Made by a program: the position numbers and the translations under genes. Source: a virus. From it: a stretch of DNA of 64,000 nucleotides. Every line of letters begins with the position of its first letter. The stretch's first letter is position 1. The notes under the pieces were generated by a model. The model saw nothing but the letters and a program-made list of their open reading frames with translations, was not told the DNA's origin and ran no database searches. The stretch lies in UHGV virus genome UHGV-1558314, one strand, 5' to 3'. Of this stretch, positions 1 through 9,847 are shown piece after piece.

Positions 1-365
1 CAACGAGGCAAATAACGTTCAATGCATTCAACTGCAGGATTGGCTGTCATGTACCACGCAAATTCTGCAGCAGCATTGAGCTTTTTCCATGGTCGTACGT
101 CAATCTTGATTTGCCGCTGTGAAGGGTCCTGAATAACTACAGACACATTCAGCAATTCTTTTGTTCGAGTCACTGTTTGTGCATTGTTGCCCTTTGATTC
201 TACAAACTCACCTCTACAATGAAGTTCATACAAAATTGAGCGAAATGCTTCTGTTGCAGTGTTTTCAATGATTGTCGTCTGTTGATAACATAAATTTGAC
301 GACAATGCTTCAGCATCATTGTACTTTATGCTGTCATTGTCATAAGGTGAATTTTTTGTGTGCAT
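1..365 (-). CDS. partial ORF running off window start (first ~121 aa); weak thymidylate-synthase-family-like region
   Basis: Own minus-strand translation: ATG at 365-363, open to position 1 (MHTKNSPYDNDSIKY...RPWKKLNAAAEFAWYMTANPAVECIERYLPR). Absent from ORF track because truncated. EFxWY resembles the ELLWF/ELEWY helix of ThyA/pyrimidine hydroxymethylases, recalled from memory only. Confidence 0.4.
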   Translation of the reverse strand, partial: MHTKNSPYDNDSIKYNDAEALSSNLCYQQTTIIENTATEAFRSILYELHCRGEFVESKGNNAQTVTRTKELLNVSVVIQDPSQRQIKIDVRPWKKLNAAAEFAWYMTANPAVECIERYLPR

Positions 366-389
366 ATTTTGGGATGTTTGTTTTTGTTA

Positions 390-1484
390 TCATACAACGA
401 CGGTATCTCGTTTGCAATCTGTTCTGTCGAATATCGAGCAACAATATGATGCAGATTGCTCTTTGATTGCAATAGCTTCGTCATTGTCAAGTGATGAAAT
501 ACCATCTATGTATGCTTTTGTATTGCCAGCGATGTCATCATTTGTTAGCAATGCTGCACGACGTTCAGTACCAAAGAAGCCAAAGCACAATTGACGCTGC
601 AATGCTTCACGAGAAATCTTGTCATCAAACTCGGATTTCATGTGTTGCATAAATTCGACAATATCATCAATGTCGCATTGAGTAAAGTCAATGTACAATT
701 TATGCATGTACTTGAATCGTTTGTAGTCTGTTGCAAGAATTTCTGGGTGCACAATGAACAACGTCTTTTTGCTGTCTATTGGATTTGCAATGACTGACGC
801 TTGAACATAATCAACAAGCACGCCAGATTCACGAAGTTGCTCAACTGTTTTGCCAAATATATGCCCAAACGTGTCATCAAACCACTTCAAGTATACTTCG
901 TTGTCTTCATCTTTTGATGCGCCAACAATGTAAATCTCATTGACTCCAAGCGCTTTAAGACGAGTGTCAGATAGCATCGTGTTCAATTGATGCTGCACAT
1001 ACAGCATTGGGCTGCTATGCAAAACTGTTTTGACAATCTCACAAGCAATGTCCATATATGCATAGTCAAGCTTTGCAGATTTTGACACATACACTGCACG
1101 TTGCTGCAATGGCTCAATTGCTGAGCATGTGGTCACAAAGTTGCCAACACATTCTGCTACTGCAATGTCATGCAAGTCATCTGCAATGTACACAATACTT
1201 GACAAGTCATCAAATGTTTGAACAAGTTGCTGAAGCTTTGTTTTGTAATTGCAGAGCATCAATGACTTGATGTTGCAATTGCCAAGCATTGTCTTGATGA
1301 GTCGTTGACCTGCTTCAGTGCTGTCACCAGAAATGACATGCACATCGCAGTCAAACCAGTTCAACATGTCGATTGCATGCCGAACGCCATATTGCATTTG
1401 TTTTGCGAACTTGCCAGATTCATTGAACAGCATTTCACCTGACATAATGCCGTCAAAGTCACATACGATTTGAAGTCTGTCCAT
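390..1484 (-). CDS. HAD-superfamily phosphatase, KdsC-like N-terminal domain plus uncharacterised C-terminal domain
   Basis: HAD motifs VCDFDGIM (DxDG), ISGDS, IADDLHD in the first ~165 aa; pattern resembles KdsC/YrbI sugar-phosphate phosphatases. Confidence 0.55.
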   Translation of the reverse strand: MDRLQIVCDFDGIMSGEMLFNESGKFAKQMQYGVRHAIDMLNWFDCDVHVISGDSTEAGQRLIKTMLGNCNIKSLMLCNYKTKLQQLVQTFDDLSSIVYIADDLHDIAVAECVGNFVTTCSAIEPLQQRAVYVSKSAKLDYAYMDIACEIVKTVLHSSPMLYVQHQLNTMLSDTRLKALGVNEIYIVGASKDEDNEVYLKWFDDTFGHIFGKTVEQLRESGVLVDYVQASVIANPIDSKKTLFIVHPEILATDYKRFKYMHKLYIDFTQCDIDDIVEFMQHMKSEFDDKISREALQRQLCFGFFGTERRAALLTNDDIAGNTKAYIDGISSLDNDEAIAIKEQSASYCCSIFDRTDCKRDTVVV

Positions 1485-1488
1485 GTTG

Positions 1489-1821
1489 CTACAATTTTGA
1501 AGTTAAGTCAATTCGAATTTTGTCTGCGTTGCTTTGGTCAACAAATCTGTCATCAAAGAAACATTCAACTACGACAAGCTTCTTTGAATTCACAAATTCG
1601 ATTAGCGATTTTTGCATTGCATCAAGTTGCTTCATGCATTTACAAAAGCTGCTGTATGACATGATTTGCTTTGGTAACATATCAAATGCGTCTGCAATTC
1701 GCTGATGAGCAATCTTTTTTGATGTTGCAATAATGACATCTGCTTTGTTGTCATTTGCATGATTGCCAAATATCGCAATATGGTAAACTTTCATTGTATG
1801 AGTGATTTTGCTGTTATACAT
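1489..1821 (-). CDS. hypothetical protein
   Basis: 110-aa ORF packed between neighbours; start may be internal (MKVYHIAIFG). Confidence 0.4.
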   Translation of the reverse strand: MYNSKITHTMKVYHIAIFGNHANDNKADVIIATSKKIAHQRIADAFDMLPKQIMSYSSFCKCMKQLDAMQKSLIEFVNSKKLVVVECFFDDRFVDQSNADKIRIDLTSKL

Positions 1822-1848
1822 TTATGTTATATATGCACATTGTGCCAG

Positions 1849-4800
1849 TTAACAAATTGATGACGTGCCATCAGTATTTGCTACAACTGTCAATGCACTA
1901 TCAAACTCATCTTGTTGCAATACATGGTCAACTATGAGTGTTTTGCGAATTGCAGAAAGCTTGGTAAGCAACTGCATCAACACTTGCTGATAATTGATAT
2001 TGTTGACATCATGCTCAGCGCCAACAATCTGCCCATTGCTAAGCTTGCCACTGATTTCGTCAATGAGCAAGATGTTGCCCACTTTGTTTAAGCGTTGAGT
2101 CAAAATGAGATGCACGATTGCAAGACCTGCGAAAGTTCCTTCCATGCCAGACATTTGACTTACACTTCGAATTGACTTCGAGCCCATCAAGTCAATCATC
2201 TTCAACACATTGTTGTCATTGATGTCAAAGAACACTCGGTAGTTCAATGAATCCAGCAAATCATTGAGCTGTGCATTCAGTGATGTTGCAATTGCTGCAA
2301 AGACATATGAAACTAAGCCTCGTTTGCTTGTGCACTGCTTATATGCATTGTACACCAAGTTTGCAATGTTCCACTTTTTCGAAGCTTGCAAATCTTTCTT
2401 GAGAGCTTCAATTCGCACATTGTTTGCTGATAAGTCTGCTTGCATTGTTGCAATTTCTGCATTGATGCTTAGCAGTTTTGAGTTCGCTTCAGTTTCATGC
2501 TGCTTAGCATCATCAATGTCGACTTGCAATGCAGCATTTGTTGTAATATGCTGCTGAGTTTGCTGTGCATGTTCAAGTGCAAATGCTGCAGCAGTCTTAT
2601 CAATCTCAAGTTGTTTAAGCGCAGACTCATATGTCGCTTTCTTATCATACTCTGCTTGAGCAATTTCAAGTTCAGCATTTATTGCAGCCAGTTCTGATTC
2701 TACTGTAGATTTTGATTGCAATACATCTTGCTTTGCTTGTTCAGCTTTACGTTTGATGTCTGCAAGTTGATTTGTGATATCTGCAATTTGCATTTTGACT
2801 GCTTCGACTTCAAGCAATGTTGCTGCAGTAGCCATTGGTTGTGCAATGAATGCATCTAAGTCTCTTTGCGCATTGACTACAGTTCTCTGCAAATCATTGA
2901 GCTTTTCTGCATGCATGTCATATGCTGCTTTGTGTGCTGGATTCAGTGCAGCAATTATTGCATTTGAATCTGTAACATCTATGATTGCTGCTTGCAGTTG
3001 CTCAATTTCATACTTCAAATTGCCAATTTTGACAACATTCTCATTGAATTGCTCTGTCTTTTGCGCACATTCTTGACGCAACTTAGCAAGCTCAGTTGAC
3101 AACCACAGCTTGTATGCTTGTCCTGTGCCAGATGTCAAGTCATTTGTACATACAGGGCATTTGTCGTTTTCAAGTTGCTTTTGCTTGTCTATAACATTGT
3201 CGATGTTTGTTTTTGCAGCAGATATTTCTGTTCTAAGTGCATTTTGAACAGTGTTGATGTCTTCAATTTGCTTTTGCAAAGCATCTATTTTTGCCCGAGT
3301 GTTTGCATTGTACGACTTGCCAAGATTTATCAGCACAGAATCAATGTGCTGCTTTGCTGCATCATATGCAAGCTTTGATTCATCAAGCTTTGTTCTGTAC
3401 AATGACTCTGCATGCGCAACTTCTTTCTGCACTTTTGCAGATAGCTCATTCTGTTTTGTAAGCAGCTCAGCATATGTATTGTGCAGCTGTGAGCCAGATG
3501 CTATGACATTTGTGTATGCTGTATTAGCTTCATTGTCAATATTAGTGAGTTGCTGCTCAATCTGTGCTTTTGCTGTTTGCAACTTAGACATATCTTGCAA
3601 TGCAAGTGCAGCAATGTCAAGCTCAACTTTGTGAATCTTTGCAATGATGCCATCGATATTTGCTGTTGCATCTTCTATAGTTAAGATGTCTGCAGGAATT
3701 TGATGTAGTTTCTTTGAGAGCTCTTCTACTTTTGCACGAGCTTTTGTAAGCTTCGCGGACCACTCTTTTTGATTATCTTGTCGTAACTGCAAAGAGTAAT
3801 TGAGTTCATTGCAAGTTGTATTGAGAGACTCAAGTTCTGCTTTTATTGCAACATCAGTCAATGCGGGCTTACTAAGGCCATCAAACAATGCAGCCTTTGC
3901 AGCATCATTAGAATTGCCAAGCTGTACAAATGTATTGATGCCAAGAGTATCAAGTAGCCAGTCATTCAATGAATTTGAGTCCATTGCAATGATTTGGTCA
4001 AGTAGTGTCTGATTGATACAAACATATCGCGACAATTCCCAGATAGAGCCAAAGATTGCATATAGCGTGTCTTTGATTTCATGCTGCGGCACTACGTAGT
4101 CATCTGACAATCTTACAAGCTGAACAGTCTCATTGACTGCTGACACGTTATCTCGCCATGAGCCATCTGCATTTATTCGAGAACCTCGTTTGAATTTGCG
4201 TTCAAGTGTTCGAATCAATTTGTAGTGAACATTTTGACCTGCTACTACATGCACAAAGACACAAGAAGCTTCAAGCTTATCATATGACTCATTGTCAATC
4301 AATTTGTCATTGAAGTATGTCAAAGCGTTCTGCTTTGTTGCTGCAGAAGACTGTTCAGCGTCAATAAAGCCAGTCAGCAGCCATTTGATAAGTCTGAAGA
4401 TTGTAGTCTTGCCATTGCCATTGTTGCCTCTAACTTGTGTAAGCTGTGCAAGATTGTCAAAGCTGACATCAACATCTTTCAATGCCATGAACTGATTTGC
4501 TTTAACATTTTGAATGACATATTTTGCAACTTCAGTGTCAAAAGACAATTTATCAATTTGTTCATCAATCAATGACTTGAACATGTCAACAAACTGCTGA
4601 GCATCTTCAGTAGCAACTATGGCATTGCGTTCAATGTATGCATTGACCCAGTCAAGTGCAGCGTCTTTAAGCCATTCAGCAGTTTGAACCTTTTGCAGCA
4701 AATTGTCGCCATTTGCGTCTACAGCATTGATTGAATCAATGACAGCAGAATCATACAGAATGTCAATTGCAGCAACAACATATGAACTTACAAGATTCTG

Positions 4801-5775
4801 TGCAATGCGCTCAACAATACCAGACAGTTCGGGCTTTGTGACCTTTGACTTGATTTTGATTTTATTGATGCGGCCAGGGTTGATGAGTGCAATCTTGTCT
4901 GTTTTGACATCATTATCAATTGTGATTGTATGATAATGCACAAGCTGCTCAAGTGGATGCCACTCTACCACAATTCGCTTGTTGTCAATATCGATGTCAA
5001 GCAAGTTGTAGCCATGTTCTGCAGTACCATGCTGTATTGCAGTGTCATTCAACAAATAGTCGCCTTCACCAAAATCTCTGACAATTGGCGAGCCGCAATA
5101 TGTTAATGTCTTATCACCAGCAACCCATATTGCATGCTTATGAATGTCACCCATTGCAACAAAGTTGCTATTAAATTGCATTGCATCTATACGACTGTCA
5201 TTGTCACCACGAACAATACAATCATCAAAGTTGACACAATTCTTTACAGGGTCATGGAACAGCTCAATGACACACATTGATGACAATGCTGCAATCTGCG
5301 ATTCATCAAGTGATGCCCAAGGCGAATATGTGCCACCAGACCACTTCTCATTTTGAGCCCATACTGCAGCAGCAAAACCAGGTGCAAGCAGTTCAACTCT
5401 TGAACTGTTGATATACTTGATTCGCTTGTCATCAATTGCAGTTACAAGCTTGTCAATGCTATCTGTCCACTGCATTTGTGAACCATCACCAGCATCAAAT
5501 GTGTTATCACGTTGCTTCAAATCATGATTGCCAGCAGTAATGACAATTTGAAGCTTGTCATTGACTTCAAGCATGCCTTTGAGCAGCTTAACAAACAGCG
5601 ACTCTTCAAGTGAATTGCTATTCCAATGCTCAAACACGTCGCCGACAATGAATACAAACTCAACTGACTTTGCTTTGTCAATTAGTTGTTTGTTGATGTG
5701 CTCATATTCTACGAAACGTCGTAAATGACCTTGTCGAACATTATATTGAATGTCTGCTATGTGAAGTGCTTTCAT
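1849..5775 (-). CDS. fused Mre11/SbcD-like nuclease and Rad50/SbcC-like ATPase
   Basis: N-terminal metallophosphoesterase motifs (LHIADIQ, GDVFEH, GNHD, GDIHKH); Walker A GNNGNGKTT; long coiled coil with CPVC zinc hook; C-terminal signature SGMEG, Walker B LLIDE, H-loop DHV. Confidence 0.8.
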   Translation of the reverse strand: MKALHIADIQYNVRQGHLRRFVEYEHINKQLIDKAKSVEFVFIVGDVFEHWNSNSLEESLFVKLLKGMLEVNDKLQIVITAGNHDLKQRDNTFDAGDGSQMQWTDSIDKLVTAIDDKRIKYINSSRVELLAPGFAAAVWAQNEKWSGGTYSPWASLDESQIAALSSMCVIELFHDPVKNCVNFDDCIVRGDNDSRIDAMQFNSNFVAMGDIHKHAIWVAGDKTLTYCGSPIVRDFGEGDYLLNDTAIQHGTAEHGYNLLDIDIDNKRIVVEWHPLEQLVHYHTITIDNDVKTDKIALINPGRINKIKIKSKVTKPELSGIVERIAQNLVSSYVVAAIDILYDSAVIDSINAVDANGDNLLQKVQTAEWLKDAALDWVNAYIERNAIVATEDAQQFVDMFKSLIDEQIDKLSFDTEVAKYVIQNVKANQFMALKDVDVSFDNLAQLTQVRGNNGNGKTTIFRLIKWLLTGFIDAEQSSAATKQNALTYFNDKLIDNESYDKLEASCVFVHVVAGQNVHYKLIRTLERKFKRGSRINADGSWRDNVSAVNETVQLVRLSDDYVVPQHEIKDTLYAIFGSIWELSRYVCINQTLLDQIIAMDSNSLNDWLLDTLGINTFVQLGNSNDAAKAALFDGLSKPALTDVAIKAELESLNTTCNELNYSLQLRQDNQKEWSAKLTKARAKVEELSKKLHQIPADILTIEDATANIDGIIAKIHKVELDIAALALQDMSKLQTAKAQIEQQLTNIDNEANTAYTNVIASGSQLHNTYAELLTKQNELSAKVQKEVAHAESLYRTKLDESKLAYDAAKQHIDSVLINLGKSYNANTRAKIDALQKQIEDINTVQNALRTEISAAKTNIDNVIDKQKQLENDKCPVCTNDLTSGTGQAYKLWLSTELAKLRQECAQKTEQFNENVVKIGNLKYEIEQLQAAIIDVTDSNAIIAALNPAHKAAYDMHAEKLNDLQRTVVNAQRDLDAFIAQPMATAATLLEVEAVKMQIADITNQLADIKRKAEQAKQDVLQSKSTVESELAAINAELEIAQAEYDKKATYESALKQLEIDKTAAAFALEHAQQTQQHITTNAALQVDIDDAKQHETEANSKLLSINAEIATMQADLSANNVRIEALKKDLQASKKWNIANLVYNAYKQCTSKRGLVSYVFAAIATSLNAQLNDLLDSLNYRVFFDINDNNVLKMIDLMGSKSIRSVSQMSGMEGTFAGLAIVHLILTQRLNKVGNILLIDEISGKLSNGQIVGAEHDVNNINYQQVLMQLLTKLSAIRKTLIVDHVLQQDEFDSALTVVANTDGTSSIC

Positions 5776-5795
5776 ATTCTAAATGAGATTTAGAT

Positions 5796-5846
5796 TATAT
5801 GTTGATATTGTACAACATGCAAAATGCACTTGCATTTTGATACAAC
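5796..5846 (-). promoter_or_regulatory. conserved intergenic motif copy 1 (putative promoter/operator) upstream of the Mre11-Rad50 gene
   Basis: tatatgttgatattgtacaacatgcaaaatgcacttgcattttgatacaac; contains palindrome TTGTACAA and inverted repeat CAAAATGCA-ct-TGCATTTTG; ends ~50 bp upstream of ATG 5775. Confidence 0.45.
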
Positions 5847-5854
5847 GTATGTCA

Positions 5855-6199
5855 TTATTTTGCAAGCATTTTGCTGATTGCATCTATCACAGTTTCACTG
5901 AGCAAGTAGTAGACAACGCTTATCAGCAATGATATCAGTACTGCAGCTGTGATAAATTGCAACGCATTCACAATTGCACGCACAAATGTTATCTGTGTGT
6001 TGTATGCAAGCACTATGCAGCATAGCACAATAATGACACACCAGACTACAATTGCATATGCAGGCATCAATGAATTTGTCCATATGCAGTACAATACAGT
6101 AGTTAGCATCAAAAATGCTATTGCTCTGATGACTGACACAATGATGTCTATGTAGAGCTTCATTACACGTAAATGAACTCTTGGCTTATGCGGTTTCAT
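5855..6199 (-). CDS. small multi-pass membrane protein (GtrA-like size and topology; speculative)
   Basis: Three to four hydrophobic helices. ORF-track start 6265 overlaps upstream gene; likely start at 6199 or 6163. Confidence 0.4.
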   Translation of the reverse strand: MKPHKPRVHLRVMKLYIDIIVSVIRAIAFLMLTTVLYCIWTNSLMPAYAIVVWCVIIVLCCIVLAYNTQITFVRAIVNALQFITAAVLISLLISVVYYLLSETVIDAISKMLAK

Positions 6200-7437
6200 C
6201 ATGACTTTATGTACAATTCTGCAAGTTGTCTGGTGTACAATCGTGGATTGTGATATGCTTTCCAATATGCAGTAGACTTTATTGCAGCAAGAATCTCATC
6301 ATAATGTTTGACTGCTTTTGCTACAACTTCATCAAGTACATGCAAATCTTCTACACTAACAAGCAGCCATTTTTCTACAATGTCAATGAATTCTTGATTG
6401 CAATTAAAGCCATATTTGTAGTTGCAAGTGTCAAGTACAAGTGGGATGCAGTCATTTGTCAGTGCTTCAAAAAATCTACGAAGACTGAAACAATTCTCAT
6501 CATATGATGGAATGCTTAATGTAAACTTGGCAGTCTTGATGAGTTGCAAATACTCTTCGTATGGAATCAGAGGACCATTGTGCTTCCACTGATTGTTATG
6601 TCGTCTTGTTGTGTACTTGAACAAAAACTTTGAACTGTCAAGCTCACAAAGATGGTCCATGCGTAAAATGTAGTTATAGCGGTCTCTTCTATCAGGCCAA
6701 CTGTCAGTCATTGCAAACACAAAGTCTCTTTGCTTGTCACATTTTGCTGACATACCTCTATGCTGACACATGCAGTACCAATATTGCTGCGATGGACTGA
6801 ACTCGAACTTTGAGTGATGCTCACTGCCATCTTTGCATTGTTGAACGTAAATATTGTCAGGCACAAAGTGAAAGTAGAAATGTCGAATTTGCAAGCCGTC
6901 AATGTAGTCAAGCTTATGCTGCAATGGGTCCTCACAGAAATTGTAACACTGAATGCGTTTTGCTGCAGCATACTCAGCAACTATGAATGTGCACACCCAT
7001 TGCAATGCGATGTCTTCACTCTTCAAAAAGTCAACAAGTGGCTCATTTGGATGCGCTTTGCATTCATTGAACATTTTGTACCACTTGCATTGCTCCATGT
7101 CATACTTGGAGACTGTATTGCCATTAAAAAATGACACAGTATCAATTTTGAATGCCTCAAGTTGTTTATGCACAATGTCGATTGCTTGTGCATATGTGAC
7201 AGTCTCATCAGACATTATTTGTGCAAACTTGATTGGATGCGCATGCAAATTTGCAATTGTGTCTGCTGACATTTTGCGCTGTGTATGATAATCGACATAC
7301 AAAAACTGACACTTGTCTGTAAGCAATTCAAGCATTGCTACAGATTTCCATCGAATTGCTTGAAAGAAATTGAAGTGCGCAGTTTGAAAAATGAGATGCG
7401 TAGGCTTGTCAGAATGAGTCAAAGTTTGCATGGACAA
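6199..7437 (-). CDS. glycosyltransferase-like protein (exostosin/GT47-like C-terminal motif), paralog of 10462..12018
   Basis: Shared motifs with 10462..12018: NFCEDPLQHKLDYID, PSQQYWY, FTLSIPSYDENCFSLRRFFEALTNDCIPLV (S-x-R-x-x-E...C-I/V-P-L-V). Confidence 0.5.
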   Translation of the reverse strand: MSMQTLTHSDKPTHLIFQTAHFNFFQAIRWKSVAMLELLTDKCQFLYVDYHTQRKMSADTIANLHAHPIKFAQIMSDETVTYAQAIDIVHKQLEAFKIDTVSFFNGNTVSKYDMEQCKWYKMFNECKAHPNEPLVDFLKSEDIALQWVCTFIVAEYAAAKRIQCYNFCEDPLQHKLDYIDGLQIRHFYFHFVPDNIYVQQCKDGSEHHSKFEFSPSQQYWYCMCQHRGMSAKCDKQRDFVFAMTDSWPDRRDRYNYILRMDHLCELDSSKFLFKYTTRRHNNQWKHNGPLIPYEEYLQLIKTAKFTLSIPSYDENCFSLRRFFEALTNDCIPLVLDTCNYKYGFNCNQEFIDIVEKWLLVSVEDLHVLDEVVAKAVKHYDEILAAIKSTAYWKAYHNPRLYTRQLAELYIKS

Positions 7438-8594
7438 ATGTCGCAGTTATGTTGATGTTTGTGTTTATTTATGAAGTCATATGTCACTGCAAAAAAGTGC
7501 TTTGCAATGTCATATCGAGTTTTCAAATATGCTGCTTGTCGTTCACAAAATGCTGCATAAATATCTGGGTGTTGTTTGAATGCTGCAATGCGTTGCTGTA
7601 CTTGTTCTGCAGAATGCACATATGACACTTTGCTCAAATATACATCATCTGCAAATAATCGTTTGTCTTTGTCAACTGCGCAATCAACAAAAGTTGCAAT
7701 TCGTGCAACAATTGCTTCACCGACACGATTTGGTATTAGCCCATATTGCTCATATTGCTGTTCGCCGATAGCAATGTGTGCTGCTGCATATGACATTGCA
7801 TATGGCACACTATAAAATGGCACACTAAAATCAAATGAACAATTTGACTGCAGCAATTGTGTTTGTGCATCAGACAATCTACTTGTCAAGTTGCCTGTAT
7901 ATTTGTGCTCACCAAGAAAACTTGAGCGACAGCCTGAATCTACATAGTATCGAATGACTTTGTTTATGCGACTGTCAGATAGCATATGCCAATCTCTTGT
8001 AGCATATATCAAGTCTACTGTTTTTGCGCCAATATGACGAGGCTCTATCGCAACATTGCTGTATGTTGGCAGCATAAACAATGGCAGCCATTTGACATTG
8101 TTGAACACTGAATGCTCATTTGACAAATTCATGCACTGGCTAAGTTCAAGTACTGGCTCATCATACACGCCATGTAGCTCAACTCTGCCTGCATGCACAA
8201 AGTTGACACGCTTAAATGGAAATCGCATATCAGTGCAAACTGTCATTCTTGCTGCAATAGACATTCGCCACATAGCATGCAGCTTAACAACTGCTTCTGC
8301 TTGAGGTCGAGGCAACATATTTAGCAAATCAATCCAGCCGCCCCACAAAATCCAAACATCATTTGAACAGATGTTGAATTGCAAACTCAATATGTCTTCT
8401 ACTGTTGTAGCAATAATGTCATGCCCATTGATGCTTGCAAGGTGTTTTCGTTGATTTGCAATAATAATGACTTGACTGAATGGAGACTCTGGAAATGACA
8501 CAAGCGCTTTTGCAAACAACACGGGTTCTTGCGACACCAAGTTGTTTGAGTATGGGTCGATTATGCAATCAAGCTTGTGTATGAAGAGTCTCAT
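7419..8594 (-). CDS. hypothetical protein, paralog of 12015..13181 (second gene of duplicated module)
   Basis: Shared segments with 12015..13181 (ILWGGW/IFWQGS, MRFPFKRV/LRFDFDKE, LIPNRVGEAIV/LLPNRWVEGVL); overlaps upstream gene by 19 nt. Confidence 0.5.
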   Translation of the reverse strand: MRLFIHKLDCIIDPYSNNLVSQEPVLFAKALVSFPESPFSQVIIIANQRKHLASINGHDIIATTVEDILSLQFNICSNDVWILWGGWIDLLNMLPRPQAEAVVKLHAMWRMSIAARMTVCTDMRFPFKRVNFVHAGRVELHGVYDEPVLELSQCMNLSNEHSVFNNVKWLPLFMLPTYSNVAIEPRHIGAKTVDLIYATRDWHMLSDSRINKVIRYYVDSGCRSSFLGEHKYTGNLTSRLSDAQTQLLQSNCSFDFSVPFYSVPYAMSYAAAHIAIGEQQYEQYGLIPNRVGEAIVARIATFVDCAVDKDKRLFADDVYLSKVSYVHSAEQVQQRIAAFKQHPDIYAAFCERQAAYLKTRYDIAKHFFAVTYDFINKHKHQHNCDICPCKL

Positions 8595-9325
8595 TTTGCA
8601 GATGATTCAAAAAATTTGTAGACATCGCAGTTAGCAATGTGGTCATTCCAAGCATCTTCAGAGTCTGCAACAAAGCCACAATGACAGCGTTTTGGCTGCC
8701 AAACTGGTTCAACTACTGCAGGCATTGCTTCTTCAATAGTGTTTGCAGGTTCATTATCTGCTGGCAATACTTCAACGTCTTCAACTTGTGCTGCATCTTG
8801 TTGTGCACGCTGCTCAATGACATTGCCCTCAAAGTCAAACTGAATGCCAGCTTGTTCTGCTTTTGTACGATTATTACGAGCTACGAACAAATACGCAAAG
8901 ATGAATTCGACAAGCGCTATGGCAAGTGACTTCAGTGCATTGACAAGAAGCATGATGCCTGTTGATAAATGGCCGTCAAAGCTCAAAAACACGAACACAC
9001 ATGTAAAGCATGACATAAACACTGCAATCAGTGGAATGTTCTTGTATTTTGGCAACAAATCAGAGTTGACTGATGTAAGCAACACAACGAATTGATAACC
9101 TATTGCAAGCCAATAGTCGCCAAACACTGCATAGATATGCGTAGTGATGCCAATAAGAAATGTGATAGTCACAATCATAATGAGCAACACACTTGTCAGA
9201 AAGTCTGCAATAGAATTGCTGAGCTTGTCATACCAGTGTTTGTTGACAATTGACGTGTTGGCTACGCGCACTTTACTAAGTGCATCTATGCCGCTTTTGA
9301 TATTTGATTGTGCTTTCATACACAT
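8591..9325 (-). CDS. membrane protein with C-terminal Cys/His cluster
   Basis: Several hydrophobic helices; C-terminal CHCGF...HIANCD. Confidence 0.5.
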   Translation of the reverse strand: MCMKAQSNIKSGIDALSKVRVANTSIVNKHWYDKLSNSIADFLTSVLLIMIVTITFLIGITTHIYAVFGDYWLAIGYQFVVLLTSVNSDLLPKYKNIPLIAVFMSCFTCVFVFLSFDGHLSTGIMLLVNALKSLAIALVEFIFAYLFVARNNRTKAEQAGIQFDFEGNVIEQRAQQDAAQVEDVEVLPADNEPANTIEEAMPAVVEPVWQPKRCHCGFVADSEDAWNDHIANCDVYKFFESSAK

Positions 9326-9331
9326 ATAACG

Positions 9332-9469
9332 TTATATCATATCTACACACAAAGCAAATGCTACTGCAAGTGCAGCCATAATTGCATATACGACTATCGA
9401 TGCAGTATAATCTGATTCAGGATTCCACTTATCAGGTGTGTTAAGCTTGTGATACTTGTCTCGTCTCAT
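9332..9469 (-). CDS. small ORF (45 aa) with C-terminal hydrophobic helix, below ORF-track cutoff
   Basis: Own translation: MRRDKYHKLNTPDKWNPESDYTASIVVYAIMAALAVAFALCVDMI. Confidence 0.25.
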   Translation of the reverse strand: MRRDKYHKLNTPDKWNPESDYTASIVVYAIMAALAVAFALCVDMI

Positions 9470-9572
9470 CTTGAGTCAAAAAATGATGGCTGCTGCTACA
9501 TTTTGTGAAATCATGTGCAGCAGCCATCTGGCAGGTTTCTTGCTTTGTAAAGCTTGGATAGAGGATGGATTT

Positions 9573-9623
9573 TATATGTTGATATTGTACAACATGCAAA
9601 ATGTATTTGCATTTTGATACAAC
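9573..9623 (-). promoter_or_regulatory. conserved intergenic motif copy 2
   Basis: tatatgttgatattgtacaacatgcaaaatgtatttgcattttgatacaac; near-identical to copy 1 (2-3 substitutions). Confidence 0.45.
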
Positions 9624-9631
9624 ATATATTG

Positions 9632-9847
9632 TCATTTTGCACAGTCTGATGCAATTAAATCTTTGTCAAAGCATTCATCTATAATGTCTTCAATAAGATA
9701 CGCTTCGACATTGTTAAGCTTCAAGATATCTACGAGTTTTGCTTTGATATCGCAAGCTAATGCAGATTCGACTGTATGCAATATGACTGATGATACGACA
9801 TGCTTGTCTGTCATCATTTGTAATTGCTGTGGTGTTACTCTACTCAT
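9632..9847 (-). CDS. hypothetical small protein
   Basis: 71-aa ORF abutting the kinase-like gene. Confidence 0.35.
   Translation of the reverse strand: MSRVTPQQLQMMTDKHVVSSVILHTVESALACDIKAKLVDILKLNNVEAYLIEDIIDECFDKDLIASDCAK

Noticed and set aside
9441-9635. 64-aa ORF spanning conserved motif copy 2
   Set aside because: The other copy of the motif (5796..5846) is not in any ORF, and the reading frame crosses a hairpin; more likely non-coding regulatory DNA.
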